Origin: Macrostomum hystrix
Lineage: Eukaryota; Animalia; Platyhelminthes
Direction of reading: 5' to 3'
Assembly (NCBI GenBank): GCA_950097015.1
Contig: CATNEN010000038.1
Coordinates: 7,812,001-7,876,000, forward strand
Length of the DNA: 64,000 nt
The translations under genes were made by a program, and so were the position numbers. The notes below the pieces were generated by a model. The model ran no database searches. It saw only the letters and a list, made by a program, of their open reading frames with translations, and was not told the DNA's origin. This document shows, piece by piece, positions 24,527 to 39,126 of the stretch. Numbering within the stretch: the stretch's first letter is position 1; every line of letters begins with the position of its first letter.

Positions 24527-27500
24527 TTTGTTATTATGGCACATTTTTATAATCGATATAAACGTGTTTCTAGCTTTGTTAGTATTTAAATAATCGAAGT
24601 AAATTCTATCCGGAGCTTATAAATCTGCACTCGAATGCCAGTTTGAACCAACCAACAAATTCAGTTCGCTTTTAACTTTACTTTCCAATTTTAGCTAGAA
24701 TATATAAAATCTGGCAGGTGAAAATGAAGCTGCTCGTTTCGTGACTGTACGTGTTAATTATTTACATTTTCTGTCACCAAGACCCTCCCCTCCTAGATTC
24801 TAAACATTGTCTGTCATTTTTCGTCAATATTTCTGTTGCTAAAACTGGTTACTTAATTCGTCTTTTTCAAGAGCGAAAAATCTCCGGCTTTTTGCATAAC
24901 ATCGTAGCAACTTTTATTATTAATTATTATTAATAGGGCAAGTGCAGTGGGCGAGTTTTATAAATGAATGAAAACAAACAAGCTTTCCAGGGTCAGTTTG
25001 GTGGTGGTAGGCCATAAGTTATGTTTTGTCTGTCGGTGTGGTCTCTCTTGCGACTTCTTAATCATACCCAAGTCTAAAAGCGGTTCATTCAGGCTGCTAC
25101 TCTTCTCTGTCAAGGCCAGGCCAAGTCGCTAAGGCTAAATGAAAAAAGACAGATACGTGCAATTAATGTGGTTTAGACAGGACTTGGCTGCAGGACGAAT
25201 CTCGTGTTTTAAGTAAGCGCAGGCCGGTTATTGTTTAGTTGACCCTTTGTCATTGGGCCACTAGGCGCAGCACGCTTCAGTCTTCGCGACTACTGCCTCG
25301 CCCTTCCTCGGCCATGTTGCATAGCACGTGTGTGCGCATGCCGTTCTACCGCTTGTTTTCTTATCCTTATCCCCCCTTCGCTTCTTTGCGGCTTTAGAAA
25401 GGGGGTTAGGGTACTGTAAAGTAGAATTAGATTGGGTGGCCAACACTTCCCAACGGCAATGCCAACTAATGTCTAAAATTCTAACGCTGTACTGGACAGC
25501 GTTTAGATAGCTAAAAGGCGCCAGTTATGACGGTGGGAACTGGGAACAGATCAGATACCAAAAAAGTGCATGTCGTGGCCCCCCCTCCCTCCGATTCTCG
25601 TGTTGCGTCGGCCGCCCATATGCTGCTACGTCACGTCGGTGTCCGCTCTCTAGCGCGCATAGCCCAATTTTCTAAACTTCTCTCCGTTTTTTCTTTTCTG
25701 AGGTTGTATGCCTGGATATGTACATTCTAACTTTGAGGGATTGTACATGTACCCCACCCCTGTCTGGCCCTGTGCTGATTAGGCCCTGCCCGGCGCGGCA
25801 TGGGGAGAGAAGGGTTATGTTATATAAATATCGATTTTTGGGAGAGGCTAGGAAGAAACCCACTCGTCCATTCAGTCGCCTGCCCTCTCTTTGCCGACCC
25901 TCGTCTCGTCTGGCATGTTTTCAGAAACCGATTTTTTCAGGCAATCGTAAAGCAATATCGGAACTTACTGAACACCCTACTGTCGATGTAAAGCAGTAGC
26001 GAGTAGCGAAAAGTTATAGAAAATACACCAAATAATATTTCTTAGTTGCTCCCACGTGTACATCTTAATGTCAAAAGTAATTTTTTGAAGGACCATCCTT
26101 GAATTTAGACGTGCAATATTTTAAGGCGCATTTTGTCTGCGCCTATGTTTTGTTATTTTATCTGACAAAAACCGTCTGCAACTATTCAACAATCGCTGCT
26201 ATTCTATTAACACTGACTTTTTTTCATTTTCGAATGGTCCTTTCACGAGGGGCTCCGCTTTGCTTGCTGCAGCTCCCTGCCAGTACTAAATTATAAACAT
26301 TCTATTCTTTCGCTGGAAAGTAATATAAAGAGCGAATGAAGCGAAACGATAATTCTAGAAACATTGCTTAGAATTCTAAAGGAAATGGCGAATTTTTCTT
26401 GCTGTATTTTCCGTATCTATCAAATTGTTAAAACTGTGTTAATATCCAATGAAACTGGGACTAACCTTTTAGCTCCATCGCTTCGCTAAAAGCTCACTGG
26501 GTTTTTTTATTTGTACAGCTAGGCGTTAAAGGGAGCAGTGATTTGTTGGGTAGCGGTTGTTCTGATGCTGCGGATTCCGTATCCTTCGCTTCCTCCATTG
26601 CTTTGCATAAGCCTCACTAAATGCATCCATTTTCACCTATAGTTAATAAATTTATTTACTTGCTTATGTAACATGTTTATGAGGCAAAAGCAGACCAAAA
26701 AGCAAACCTAAAAGTCCCCGTTTTTAGCGCTAAGATTTGTTCTTATTAGCAAAGCTGCTTATGAATTATGTTTAGTTTATATGAAAAATAATATCGTTTT
26801 TTCTATTGTTTGCTTACTCGTTTTTAATAGCATACATTTTTCCCTTTTCTGATGTCCATGTGAGGCCATCCTTAACAACAGGCAACTGCGTGTTTACAGC
26901 TGCCAACTATAGCCTATTTTGCTTTTCTCTCTCCATCAAACTCAGTCGATGCTTGACTATCAGCTTGCTGCACTTTTCATGGCCCGGTCGGAGCGCTAAA
27001 TTGTGCGGCCTTGAACTGGCCTTGACTGAATTGTTTTTTTTCCCGAAATTTCCCTTGTTCTGCCTCTGAGTTAACAGTCCAAAGTCGGATCATCTGTCAT
27101 CGCTCCTTTAGCCTTCAAGAAATTATATCTCCCCCAAAGTGTTTATGCGCTTATTGTCTCTGCGCCCAACGTCCCGCGCTGTGCACCATCCTGCACTTGC
27201 CTATGCTAGAGACAGAAACTGTGAGGTCTGCTTTTCTACCACTAATTACTATTAATATTTTCATAGTTTTATTATTAATATAGCTATTGTTGTTGTTGCC
27301 TGGCAGAATAGGCTCTGGAGCAGTTCTGTTGTTTAATAAATGTTCTATTTGATCTAATTCTGTGCCTCTTGTGGCCCTATAGCTTGTTTCGCTTGCAAAT
27401 TTCCTAATCTATAATACACACGTTAACAATAGGTAGAATATGTCTGAGAGGTAAGAATAGTTCAAGAAAAATATTGCACATGGGCCTCCATGTTTCTTTC

Positions 27501-27574
27501 TTTTTACACTTTTTACAAACTCTAGATTTTTACTTATTTCGAACTTTTGAATGTGATGATGGAATGTGAATCCA

Positions 27575-27727
27575 CTGACTCCACTGAAGACACGTACACA
27601 CGTACACTTCTGTCCTGACTATTTCATTGTCAGGCAGTGTACACTCTCACTGTGCTTTGGAGCTTGGCCATCAAGTGCGTAAATCAAACGACAAGCACCC
27701 AAGCCTTCTGTATGCGGCTGTGCCCCT
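27575..27727 (-). mobile_element. SINE copy 3 (diverged internal fragment)
   Basis: CTGTCCTGAC...GTCAGGCAGTGTACACTCTCACTGTGCTTTGGAGCTTGGCC...CCCAAGCCTTCT...GCGGCTGTGCCCC matches the SINE body. Confidence 0.75.
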
Positions 27728-30700
27728 TATGAATTTGGCTAGCCTCGCAGCGAAATTCAGCTCATGGCTCATGGTACTCAACCCGCTGTGTGAACACCGC
27801 AGTGTCCATAAATTCAGTCTGTTCAGGCCTGTTTTTCACGAAGTCGGGTCTTGTCAGATGTTTTCTTATTACCAATTGCACTCACCAACAACAATAAAGT
27901 ATGCATGTGTTTATCAAATTGCGTACTAACACACTACTTGAATGATCTTCGGTAGTCTCATGAAGACATTCTAAATCATAGTTTTCTATTTTCTAGTTTT
28001 CTATCATAATTTTTATTTAAACCCATACTTTCCTGCCAACTATCTTTTTCTCATATATTCTATAAATTTGTATTATACTCGTACATACTCAAAGTTGTGC
28101 GTTCAATAGGACAACTCAGGTACTTTATGGATCTTTTTGTCTTTGTGTCTTCTTTGTCACAAAGATTGCCCAAATCGCAGGGTGTGGTCAAACGAAAGGG
28201 CGCGGCTTCCTTCGCGTCCTGCCTTGTCGGACGGAGCTTCGTGTGTGACTTTGGGGATTCGAAAAGCGAAGCAGCTTTGTTGGTGGAACTTGGACCAAAT
28301 CAATAATATTTTTTTCTCCTCGTCTAAGCAAAGAATGCACATTCCTTTTCTTACTATGCTCCGTGGAGTCTTCCCATTTCCCTGCTTCGGTCCGATCGAT
28401 CGATGTGGGTGGGCAAAGCTGCCTGTGTACTTTGGGAAGATTAGCATTTGGAAGGCGCAGCAAGCCAGCTTGATGTTACTTCTGTTCTGCACCAGCGAAA
28501 TCCCCATTCGCCTCTTTCCTTGTGCGGCTGCCCAGAGCTCCATTCCTTCCCCCGTCCCAAACCAGCCTCTGTGCGCAGGATCTTCATCACATTTATGTCA
28601 TTTCTGTGCATCCTTCCCTTAATGTAAGATGCGTTTCACTTCTATGCAAAAATATAGAATCTGACACCTGATCAGAAGCTGAACATTAATTCTATATTTC
28701 GATTTTGGCCGCCCTTGAGCCTTTAAAAGCTAAGAGCAGTGGATGGCCTGACAGGTAAGAATAATTAACTTGCTAAGTTGCTACTGGTCGAGCAAGGCTT
28801 CGGTTATTCTTTTATAATATAAGCCTCTGTTATTGCCGGCTAAAAATGGGTTAAAGAGTCTACTCGCCGTGACTCGCAACTATTAGTGCTTTTGCTCATT
28901 GTGGTCTTAGCTGGTTACTTGCGTACGATAAAAACTATTTCTAATTTTTACTCACAATTTTATTAAGCAAATACGGCAGAGGCTTAAGTAAGCTATTATT
29001 CTGAATACCCTGACTGCCTTATTCCTTGAAACTGACACGCTTGGTTTGAAAATTCAAAGGTAAACGGTAATAATGTTATGGGGGTTAACAATTGGCAATT
29101 TTTCGGAATCCGCTATATATGGAATGCTAAGCTGCGCCTGTGCTGCGCTTTGCTATGCAAAATATGCAACGCGTTTCTGGGAGAGGGGTTGGTTGATTGG
29201 TTTAAATGTTTGTGTGGCGCCTGTTGACTTGACTGTTTTTAGCTGGGGCGTGGCTAAGGGTTCGCAGAACGGCTGAATCACTCTGGCCGACCCACCCCCC
29301 CCTCAGCCCAAAACAAGCGCCACCCACTCACCCAGCTATTCATTCGGCTGTGGGCGCGCGTGGTGGCTTGTGGATGCCTGCCTGCCGGTTAAATGAGGCG
29401 GCGCGCGTTTGTTTGTCTTGTTTTGGCCTCACTGCTGTCACTTCGTGCCACGTACATTAGTTTACATTAGCCATGTACAATTAGATCAAATGATAATGGT
29501 ATCTCGAAGCAATGTTAAGCAGCAACTGATACCCTGATACATTTTCTAATTTGTCACTGTCGTTTCATAAACTTGACAGATTTTTTATCTTAACGCTATT
29601 CGATAGCGCGTGCCAGTCATTGCATATTAACATAAGATACTGAGTTCAATGAACTAATCTCTAATTGTACTTATGACTTTTAAATGCTTTGGTTTTTTAG
29701 TTTCAGCTAAGCTAAGCTACAATACTAAAACGCATTCTTAGATGCGTACATCGCTCGCTCGAAAGATTAATATTTTAAAAGTGTATGATGATCATCTGCT
29801 TCAGAATTTTATAGTCTAGCTTTGCTCTCTCTTCACTTATTTTATGATCTATAACGGTATGTTATTTTACTATAATTGCTTTTAATAAAGGAAATATAGG
29901 CTACAGCATAATGCAGCGTGCGGTCTACGATGTAGCTTAGAAATTGCTATGATGTAGCGAGTATATAATATTTAGTAGCTTAAGATCTAATAAAAAATCT
30001 AGACTCAAATTACAGCCCAGTTCGCAGAACTTTCAGCTTCAAACTTGAGTGTGGGTTGCAGCGGCTACGATAAAGAGTTCCCTTAATGTTAAAGTTTCTT
30101 CTATATTACTTTACTGTATAATTTCACACTCCACATGCCCTAAAAGCGTGGCGTTGCCACGTCATGCGTGTTGTTGTGGTTGGCCACGGCCAATAGTTAA
30201 AAATGTACGTCGTCTTAGCGAAGTCTGAAATGTACATAACCGCCCTCCCTTCCGCTCTTGCCAGCATTCGCAACCCCAACTTCAACTTGTGACGAGGGTT
30301 TCCGTCCTTCCTTATCTTTCTATCTCTCAGCTGCTATTCCGCCCAGCTTGTTCGCCGCCTTCTCTCCTGGAACTGGAAGCTTACTGATTGACGGTGACGG
30401 CTCAGCACAAGCCCTCCTCTATCCCTCACCAACCCAGCGGATGGGGGTGGGCGAAGGGTTTTGTCGCCATGGCGATAGCATTGATTACTAAAATGAAGGA
30501 TAGAAAGTGCGGATCTAGAACCCTCCGGCCTTCACATTTTTGGAAACATTTTACTGCACGACCAACTCGAAGTACAGTCCTGCTGCAGGCAGCTGCCGGT
30601 CGGGCAAGGAGCTAAACATTCACTGCGCACCCTGCCCACCCTACCCCTGTCCTTGCTTTCCTCCCCCACCCTTAGCCTTAACTCATCCAGCCATACCTAT

Positions 30701-33204
30701 AGAGTCTAGACCTCAAAGCAGTTGAATCGCCGACGCCAAGTCTCCCACCCCTCGCCCCCCCTCTGTTGTCAGTGCCGAGAACACCCCCTCCACCCGCGCC
30801 GCTGCCTCGCCCTTGGCGGTATTTCACTTGCGAAAAGATCAAAACCACCCCCGTCGTCTTCTATCTAACCCCGGCCATCACAACCCCCTTCACAATCGCG
30901 GCTACCTCTGTATCCACACCGTGCTCCTCACTGCCGCAGCTGCTGGCTCCTGTACCCCGCCTCAAACCTGTGCCTGCGCACCTGGCCTAGCCTAACCAAA
31001 TTTGTTATATAAAGTGAGGCCAAGTCCCTCACCAGTCACCATCCGACGTCTTACCCATCGTTTACATCGAAGCCATCACCATTCATCAGCCTGTTAAAAA
31101 CACGATAATCTGCATCGTAAATATTAATTGACTTCGACGAACTAAAGCTGTCATCCATAACCCGAAGCCCCGGAATTACGATTTTGTAAGTGAAAAATTC
31201 ATCTACATTAATTTATTCGATTTTATTTTAGATACTTGTAAATGGGTTTGTAGTTTATTTTATTCGCTGCTGTTGATAGACCCCAGTACTCGAGCCTAGC
31301 TCGTTGTTCTTCAGATCTTTTTAATTCTCGCTGAGTAACACATTTTCCTCATTCCCTCAGCCTCGCCACACCCAACCAGCAAACCCGACCCGACACTCAG
31401 CCGTCTACGCCAGACAGAATGCGTCCGTGCCACGGACTCCGTGGGAATCGGAGAAGGAAGGGAAGAAAAGACCTCGTCTCCGTTTTCTCTCCATAAAAGT
31501 TGCCTTCGCTTGAGCTTTGCTACTTTGTGAAGGATGGCCTGGTATTATTCCATGGGGTTGGCTGGCTGACTCACCATCCCCAACCTCCTTTTATGTAGGG
31601 GTGGGTGGAGTGAAACGCGCGCTGTGTGTACATTCCTTACACCCTCCTCTCTCCCTCTCCACCCTCTAGCCTTCTCTCCCTTATCAAATATAAATGCTAG
31701 GACGAGTCACCCTTTCTGGTCCCTCCCTCTCCACCATAACCCATGTTCCCACAGGCTAGCTTTAGATTTGGGCAGCTGGCCCATGCACGCACGCTAAACG
31801 GGCCCCCACAAAGGCAGTATTTATACTTACCATTGTCCTTAAAAGCTCAGGTTTACACAGTGTGATTCACTATGTTTAAGACGCAATCGTAGCAAAAATG
31901 TTACTTTGTTTTGCGAAGTTATATCATCTATCAGCAATATCTGCTTAACCGGTAAGCGTGCAAGTAAATCTTTCTCATCCGTGACTGACTGTTATTAGCT
32001 ACCCAGAAGCTCCGAGACCAGTATGTGCATTTGCAGCGACAAGCGCGCACTTTACTCAAACTAAGCTTAAGGCTTCCGAATGGGACCCGATGAGCAAAAA
32101 GCGTGATTTGTAAATGCATATTCTGGCTCAGACCTGGCCGCTTTGATCGTCCTACTTAACCAATGCGATCCACAAAACTCGCTCACACCCCATCGAAACC
32201 CATTCGATATCCGACCCGAGCTAGACAGGCCCAACATCCCACTGTGTCCTGCTCTCGCTGATTGAACGGACCATTGGGTGTGCATTTATGCTAGGTGGCG
32301 CATCTGGAAACAGCCACTTCTTCCTCTTCATTGCTCTCTAAGATAAGTAAAGCGCTCTAGCAAATGCATACTCTGGCCCGTACATAAGGCGACCAATCAG
32401 CCAGTTATTTATCCCGTACACCGTTACTCCCCGCTATTTTCGCCTGGCTATCGGTGGGATCCAGAGACTGCAGTTTGTGCCGGTAAATCAGTGAGCGATG
32501 GCTCACCACTGCCTAAATGCATTCTCTGGCCCATCGGAGCATTAATAAGGCTTGCTCGTCTGAACCTGTCTGGAGCCCAGCCCAAAATACTGGATAAAGA
32601 TTATTGCCTGCGTGCTAGTTCGTGCATTTTTACTGTTTCGATTTAAAAAAATTATGCGGCAATTTTTGATTGCCGGTTTACCGTATAAATGCATGATCTG
32701 GTATGTAAGCTATCATCTTAAAGCAACTTTAACTTCCGATCGGACTGCATTGCGTCTTTTATTTAATTGTGTATACCATTCCATTGCGCAATAGGCGTGA
32801 TGCATACATACTGTGCGGATGGACGAGTGTCTGACTCATGACTAATTTGCTTGGCTGAAATATACCGAACCATACTACTAACAGTAACAGTACCCAGCTA
32901 TCAATGACTTGTCCTTGCATGTCATTCATTTGCCTTGTTGAAGCAAATCAAAGAACATTTTAAATGAAACAACAAAGAATCTCTTTTACTTCACAGTAAA
33001 CTCGTGAATGTCACTACTTTCTCGACTCCCCTGAAAAGTTGCACACCTAAGTTATTTTTCGTCGCTTTAGCACTGTAATGACCCACTTGGTTGAAACTGC
33101 ATTAACAACTTTGCTCACAAACTCGACTAAAAGTACGAGTAACTTAGATTATCAATTATGATTGAAAATACATGCACCAGTCTAATAGCACACTTACAAT
33201 AATT

Positions 33205-34800
33205 CAAACTGCAACTTTACTGACCACTAAATGTACAACTGAAAAATTTGATGACACACTCTGCTCAAACTGCAACTTTGATGACCCAGTTGTGTGAAAC
33301 TGCAACCTTAATGACCCACTTGGCTGAAACTGCAGCCTTAATGACCCACTTGGATATAACTGCAGCCTTAATGACCCACTTGACTGAAACTGCAACCTTG
33401 ATGAGCCACTTGGCTGAAACTGCAGCCTTAATGACCCACTTGGATAAAACTGCAGCCTTAATGACCCACTTGGATATAACTGCAGCCTTAATGACCCACT
33501 TGACTGAAACTGCAACCTTGATGAGCCACTTGGCTGAAACTGCAGCCTTAATGACCCACTTGGATAAAACTGCAGCCTTAATGACCCACTTGGATATAAC
33601 TGCAGCCTTAATGACCCACTTGACTGAAACTGCAACCTTGATGAGCCACTTGGCTGAAACTGCAGCCTTAATGACCCACTTGGATAAAACTGCAGCCTTA
33701 ATGACCCACTTGGATATAACTGCAGCCTTAATGACCCACTTGACTGAAACTGCAACCTTGATGACCCATTTGACTGAAACTGCAACCTTGATGACCCACT
33801 TGACTGAAACTGCAACCTTGATGACCCACTTGGATAAAAAATGCAACCTTAATGACCCACTTGACTGAAACTGCAACCTTGATGACCCATTTGACTGAAA
33901 CTGCAACCTTGATGACACACTTGGCTGAAACTGCAACCTTAATGACCCACTTGGATAAAACTGCAACCTTAATGACCCACTTGGATAAAAAATGCAACCT
34001 TGATGACCCACTTGGATAAAACTGCAATCTTGATGACCCACTTGGATAAAACTGCAATCTTGATGACCCACTTATATAAAAATGCAACCTTAATGACCCA
34101 CTTGGATAAAACTGCAACCTTGATGACCCACTTGGATAAAACTGCAACCTTAATGACCCACTTATATAAAAATGCAACCTTAATGACCCACTTGGATAAA
34201 ACTGCAACCTTGATGACCCACTTGGATAAAAAATGCAATCTTGATGACCCACTTGGATAAAACTGCAACCTTGATGACCCACTTGGATAAAACTGCAACC
34301 TTGATGACCCACTTGGATAAAACTGCAACCTTGATGACCCGCTTGGATAATACTGCAATCTTGATGACCCACTTGGATAAAACTGCAATCTTGATGACCC
34401 ACTTGGATAAAACTGCAACCTTAATGACCCACTTGGATAAAAAATGCAACCTTAATGACCCACTTGGATAAAACTGCAATCTTGATGACCCACTTGGATA
34501 AAACTGCAACCTTAATGACCCACTTGGATAAAACTGCAACCTTGATGATCCAATTGGATAAAACTGCAACCTTGATGATCCAATTGGCTGAAACTGCAAC
34601 CTTGATGATCCAATTGGCTGAAACTGCAACCTTGATGATCCAATTGGATAAAACTGCAACCTTTATGATCCAATTGGATAAAACTGCAACCTTGATGATC
34701 CAATTGGCTGAAACTGCAACCTTGATGATCCAATTGGCTGAAACTGCAACCTTGATGATCCAATTGGCTGAAACTGCAACCTTGATGATCCACTTGGTTT
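33205..34800. repeat. Minisatellite, 30-bp unit (AACTGCAACCTTGATGACCCACTTGGATAA), ~52 copies, with a 120-bp higher-order block; no flanking exons recognised
   Basis: Direct tandem repetition. Confidence 0.98.
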
Positions 34801-35249
34801 AAATTTCGAAAATTTGATTAACCAACGCACTACGCCTAAAGTACTGTGTTTTTTTCAAACTCAGTTTAAAGTTTCTCTACTTTCTATTATTATTAGTGCT
34901 TCTCAATGAAAACGCATTTAGGACTAACAAAATATTGCAAACTGTTCCTACAGTTTAGCGTACCAAAGCGCATGAAAAGAACAATTTTTAATTAGGTTTT
35001 TTATTTCAAACTGCTAAATGGGTCAATTAACCAAAGCATCCGAATAATCTATAAGATAGACACAAGCATGTGTCGGTAAAGATAATGTATGACGTTTCCA
35101 AAGAATGTGCTCAAAACCTTACAAAATGTGCCCACTAGGACTTAAAAAACGGCTGGAATCAGACGTTAATTATGTCAGTTGCATTTGCATCCGTACATGA
35201 ATTATATGCGTTTGTTAAGATCAAATCAGCAAAAAGGCAAGGCTGCCAT

Positions 35250-37219
35250 GCATGCGATCTCACGGCTTCTTGTGGGTTCCGACCCGAGCGTAGTTGAAAA
35301 ACATGGGCGATTCGCCAACCGCCTCCGCGACTCCGGACTCGTCTGTTGTAGTAGAACGAAGATGCTGCAGGTGCTGGCGCTGGTGCTGCTGGCGATGCTC
35401 GCGATGCTGCTGCGACTGATGCTCGCGATGAAGCGGCGGCGGCGGTGATCCGCTCCTGGGGCCCGAGGTGTTATGCTGCTGTCGGCGAGCGAACAGGTTC
35501 TGGTGGTGGTGGTGAAGATCGTTCGTTGTAGAAGACGTGGCTGCTGCAGCGGCAGTGGCAGCCCTGCCGCTTGTGATTGTTGACGTCTGGTCATTGAGGA
35601 AAGATAGCGATTAGTCTGGACTTCTGCTTAAAGGGAGGCTGGTGACATATATAGATATGGCGCACTGAGGTGAAGCCACATTGGATTTGGGGGTGAAGCC
35701 ACCCCAGATTTGTGGGTGAAGCTGCCCAGATTTGTGGGTGAAGCTGCCCCAGATTTGTGGGTGAAGCTGCCCCAGATTTGTGGGTGAAGCTGCCCCAGAT
35801 TTGTGGGTGAAGCACGTTGGATTCGGGGTGAAGCAACGTTGGATTCGGGGTGAAGCCATGTTGGATTTGGGGTGAAGCCACGTTGGATTTGGGGTGAAGC
35901 CATGCTGGATTTGGGGTGAAGCCACATTGGATTTGGGGTTGAAGCCACTCCAGATGTGTGGGTGAAGCTGCCCCAGATTTGTGGGTGAAGCTGCCCCAGA
36001 TTTGGGGGGTGAAGCCACATTGGATTTGAGGGTGAAGCCACCCCAGATTTGTGGGTGAAGCTGCCCCAGATTTGGGGGAGAAGCCACGTTGGATTCGGGG
36101 TGAAGCCACGTTGGATTCGGGGTGAAGCCATGTTGGATTTGGGGTGAAGCCACATTGGATTTGGGGTGAAGCAACGTTGGATTCGGGGTGAAGCGACATT
36201 GGATTTGGGGTGAAGCCACGTTGGATTTGGGGTGAAGCCATGTTGGATTTGGGGTGAAGCCACGTTGGATTTGGGGTGAAGCCATGTTGGATTTGGGGTG
36301 AAGCCACGTTGGATTTGGGGTGAAGCCATGTTGGATTTGGGGTGAAGCCATGTTGGATTTGGGGTGAAGCCATGTTGGATTTGGGGTGAAGCCATGTTGG
36401 ATTTGGGGTGAAGCCATGTTGGATTTGGGGTGAAGCCACGTTGGATTTGGGGTGAAGCCATGTTGGATTTGGGGTGAAGCCACGTTGGATTTGGGGTGAA
36501 GCCATGTTGGATTTGGGGTGAAGCAACGTTGGATTCAGGGTGAAGCCACGTTGGATTTGGGGTGAAGCCATGTTGGATTTGGGGTGAAGCCACATTGGAT
36601 TTGTGGTGCCCCAGATTTGGGGATGAAGTCACCTCAGATTTGGGGGTAAAACCCCTTTAATTAAGGAGGCGCCAGTCATCACAGTTTGGAAATCACCCAC
36701 CCTGGCTGCGCCCCTGGAACAATAGACGGATAAACAGGTTAATTGGAGAATAATGTAGAGATAAGAAGGAGAGTGAGGATAGCAGTTCTTCCATTCTGCT
36801 AAGCCTGAGCAAACAGAGACAGACAGACAGATTCTGCACCCTCACTTGTCTTGGATGATTTGAGCCCTGGTGTCTCAGTGCCGACACCGTGTTTAAGCTC
36901 GGAGTTTGGGCACGATCAACCAATGAGAATTTTTTATATCAACTAACTAGAAAAAAACAAGTTAGCAAAAACCTTGAAGTGGAGCTGGTCTCGACAGGCT
37001 GCTCCAGAAGCAGCTCCGCCGGACTGGCCTAGCTGGCTGCTGCCAAAGTGCAGCCGGCTACTGCGAGCACGAAGGCGGTTAAGCTCGTAGTCCTCGACGC
37101 CCTCGTCGGCCTCCTCCTCATCAGCGCAGTCGCTGATGTCAGAAAAGTGCAACTGGCGATGCTGCTGCTGAGAGACGTCACTGCAGCTACAGACTCGAGA
37201 CATGCGGGATTGCTGCTGC

Positions 37220-37251
<32 letters not shown>

Positions 37252-37378
37252 GTGATGGGCATTGCCACAGTGGCTGAAGTCATAGCCGCTAGCTCCATTG
37301 TAGCAGCTGTGCTGCTGGGGCTGCTGATGCTGCAGGCAGTGATGGAACATGTGCCGCTGCTGCTGCTGCTGTTGCTGT

Positions 37379-37410
<32 letters not shown>

Positions 37411-37574
37411 CTGGACGCTGCCGAAGGCTGCCGTACCGGAGTTGCAGGCCGGAGGCCAGGCCGCGTAGCAATGAACTCCGTTCATGGCGGCCTCTCCCTG
37501 ACCAGCAGCCGCAGCCGACTGTGGCAGGTGTACAGCGTAGCAGCTGGATGTCAAGGTGTGCCGGTCCATTATTT
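35250..37574 (-). CDS. Low-complexity Q/H-rich coding exons (approx. 36973-37574, 36846-~36900, ~35260-35586); either an independent hypothetical gene or 3' exons of SPATA18
   Basis: 208-aa GC-rich ORF with poly-Q (CAG) runs; terminal exon reads [16 protein letters not shown]...FFNYARVGTHKKP*; internal phases not fully resolved; no recognisable domain. Confidence 0.6.
35667..36655. repeat. Intronic minisatellite, 22-bp unit (GGGGTGAAGCCAYRTTGGATTT), ~45 copies
   Basis: Direct tandem repetition. Confidence 0.97.
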
Positions 37575-38274
37575 CTAGCTCAGTGAGAATGATTTGATTC
37601 CTATCGCTGCAATTCAGTTCATGACTTGAGTTCTTTCTCTAGTGACATTTTAAGCACTGCGTTTCCGGTCTAAAACTTTTTCTCCTAAATTCCGAATTCT
37701 AAAACTCGACACAAATTCTCATTATCCAGTCGCGAAGTGAACGATGCAACAAAATTAGGCTCGAATTTTATGTGATTGTTGTTGTGCCATTTAAAAATCT
37801 GATTTTCGAACGTTTTCAAACTTAATGGCTGAAGGTTAAGTTGGTTGCAAAGTGTCAGTGTGAAATGAAAAGCAACTTAAAAAACCAAAGATGTAAAATC
37901 AAACAATCTAAAGGGGAAGTATTAGTTTAATTGCTCTTTCTATACTGGATCCTTTGTAAAGCAGTAAATAAACAATTCAATCTAAAAAACAATACAAAAT
38001 ATAACGGAAAATGGAAATTATGAGTGTAAAAGTGCAGCAAATGGAGAAATAGTGTCGAATAAGAAGCTAAAATTATTTCCTTATCAATACTAACCTAAAA
38101 CAAAATCTATAAATAACTAAGAAATCGATCGATTGACCAAATGTATGCACAAGTACGTTTGCGTTGACCGCAAAAATAGTATCTTAACTCTTAATGTGTG
38201 TACGCGTGTATATATAAAAATAAGGACAAGGACGCCAGATCACGACATTTTTTGTTAAAGTGTCTAAAGCTACC

Positions 38275-38534
38275 AGATCCCAAGGTTCAAAGATCCCAGG
38301 GTTCAAAGATCCCAGGGTTCAAAGATCCCAGGGTTCAAAGATCCCAGGGTTCAAAGATCCCTGGGTTCAAAGATCCCTGGGTTCAAAGATCCCAGGGTTC
38401 AAAGATCCCAGGGTTCAAAGATCCCAGGGTTCAAAGATCCCAGGGTTCAAAGATCCCAGGGTTCAATGATCCCAGGGTTCAAAGATCCCAGGGTTCAAAG
38501 ATCCCAGGGTTCAAAGATCCCAGGGTTCAAAGAT
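38275..38534. repeat. Minisatellite, 16-bp unit (TTCAAAGATCCCAGGG), ~16 copies
   Basis: Direct tandem repetition. Confidence 0.97.
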
Positions 38535-38778
38535 CTGTACGAACGTCAAGCGCATATTAAAATATCGAATTGCCAAATTGCTAAACGAAGACATTGTCAT
38601 CATCTGTCTAGGCCGATAATTCGCAGCCTTAACAGGCGTAGCAGCTGGGCTGGCGAAGCGCTCCCGGAGTCGGCGGCTGCGTCTCCACCTGCGGAGACGC
38701 CATTGTCAGCCCCTAGCGAGACTGCCTTTGAGGTGGAGTTGCCCCTAATGTCTCTTACCTATGGGTCGGCCTGCTCAG

Positions 38779-39110
38779 CGGATTGGAGAAACGGATAGAG
38801 GAGCGGATAGAGGAGCGGATAGAGGAGCGGATAGAGGAGCGGATTGAGAAGCGGATAGAGGAGCGGATAGAGGAGCGGATTGAGAAGCGGATAGAGGAGC
38901 GGATTGAGAAGCGGATAGAGGAGCGGATAGAGGAGCGGATAGAGGAGAGGATAGAGGAGCGGATAGAGGAGCGGATAGAGGAGCGGATAGAGGAGCGGAT
39001 AGAGGAGCGGATAGACGAGCGGATAGAGGAGCGGTTTGATAAGCGGATAGAGGAGCGGATGGAGGAGCGGATAGAGGAGCGGATAGAGGAGCGGAAAGCG
39101 GAGCGGATAG
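38779..39110. repeat. Intronic minisatellite, 12-bp unit (GAGCGGATAGAG), ~27 copies
   Basis: Direct tandem repetition between the donor at 39126 and a candidate acceptor at 38771. Confidence 0.97.
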
Positions 39111-39126
39111 AAAGGGGATGGCTCAC

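Noticed and set aside
24036-33200. Short ORFs (60-160 aa) in the intergenic block, and likewise at 12687-13215
   Set aside because: No recognisable domains, consistent splice chains or exon-like codon composition; left unannotated.
33204-36632. Repetitive ORFs over the 30-bp and 22-bp arrays
   Set aside because: Translation artefacts of tandem repeats; frames shift with unit indels.
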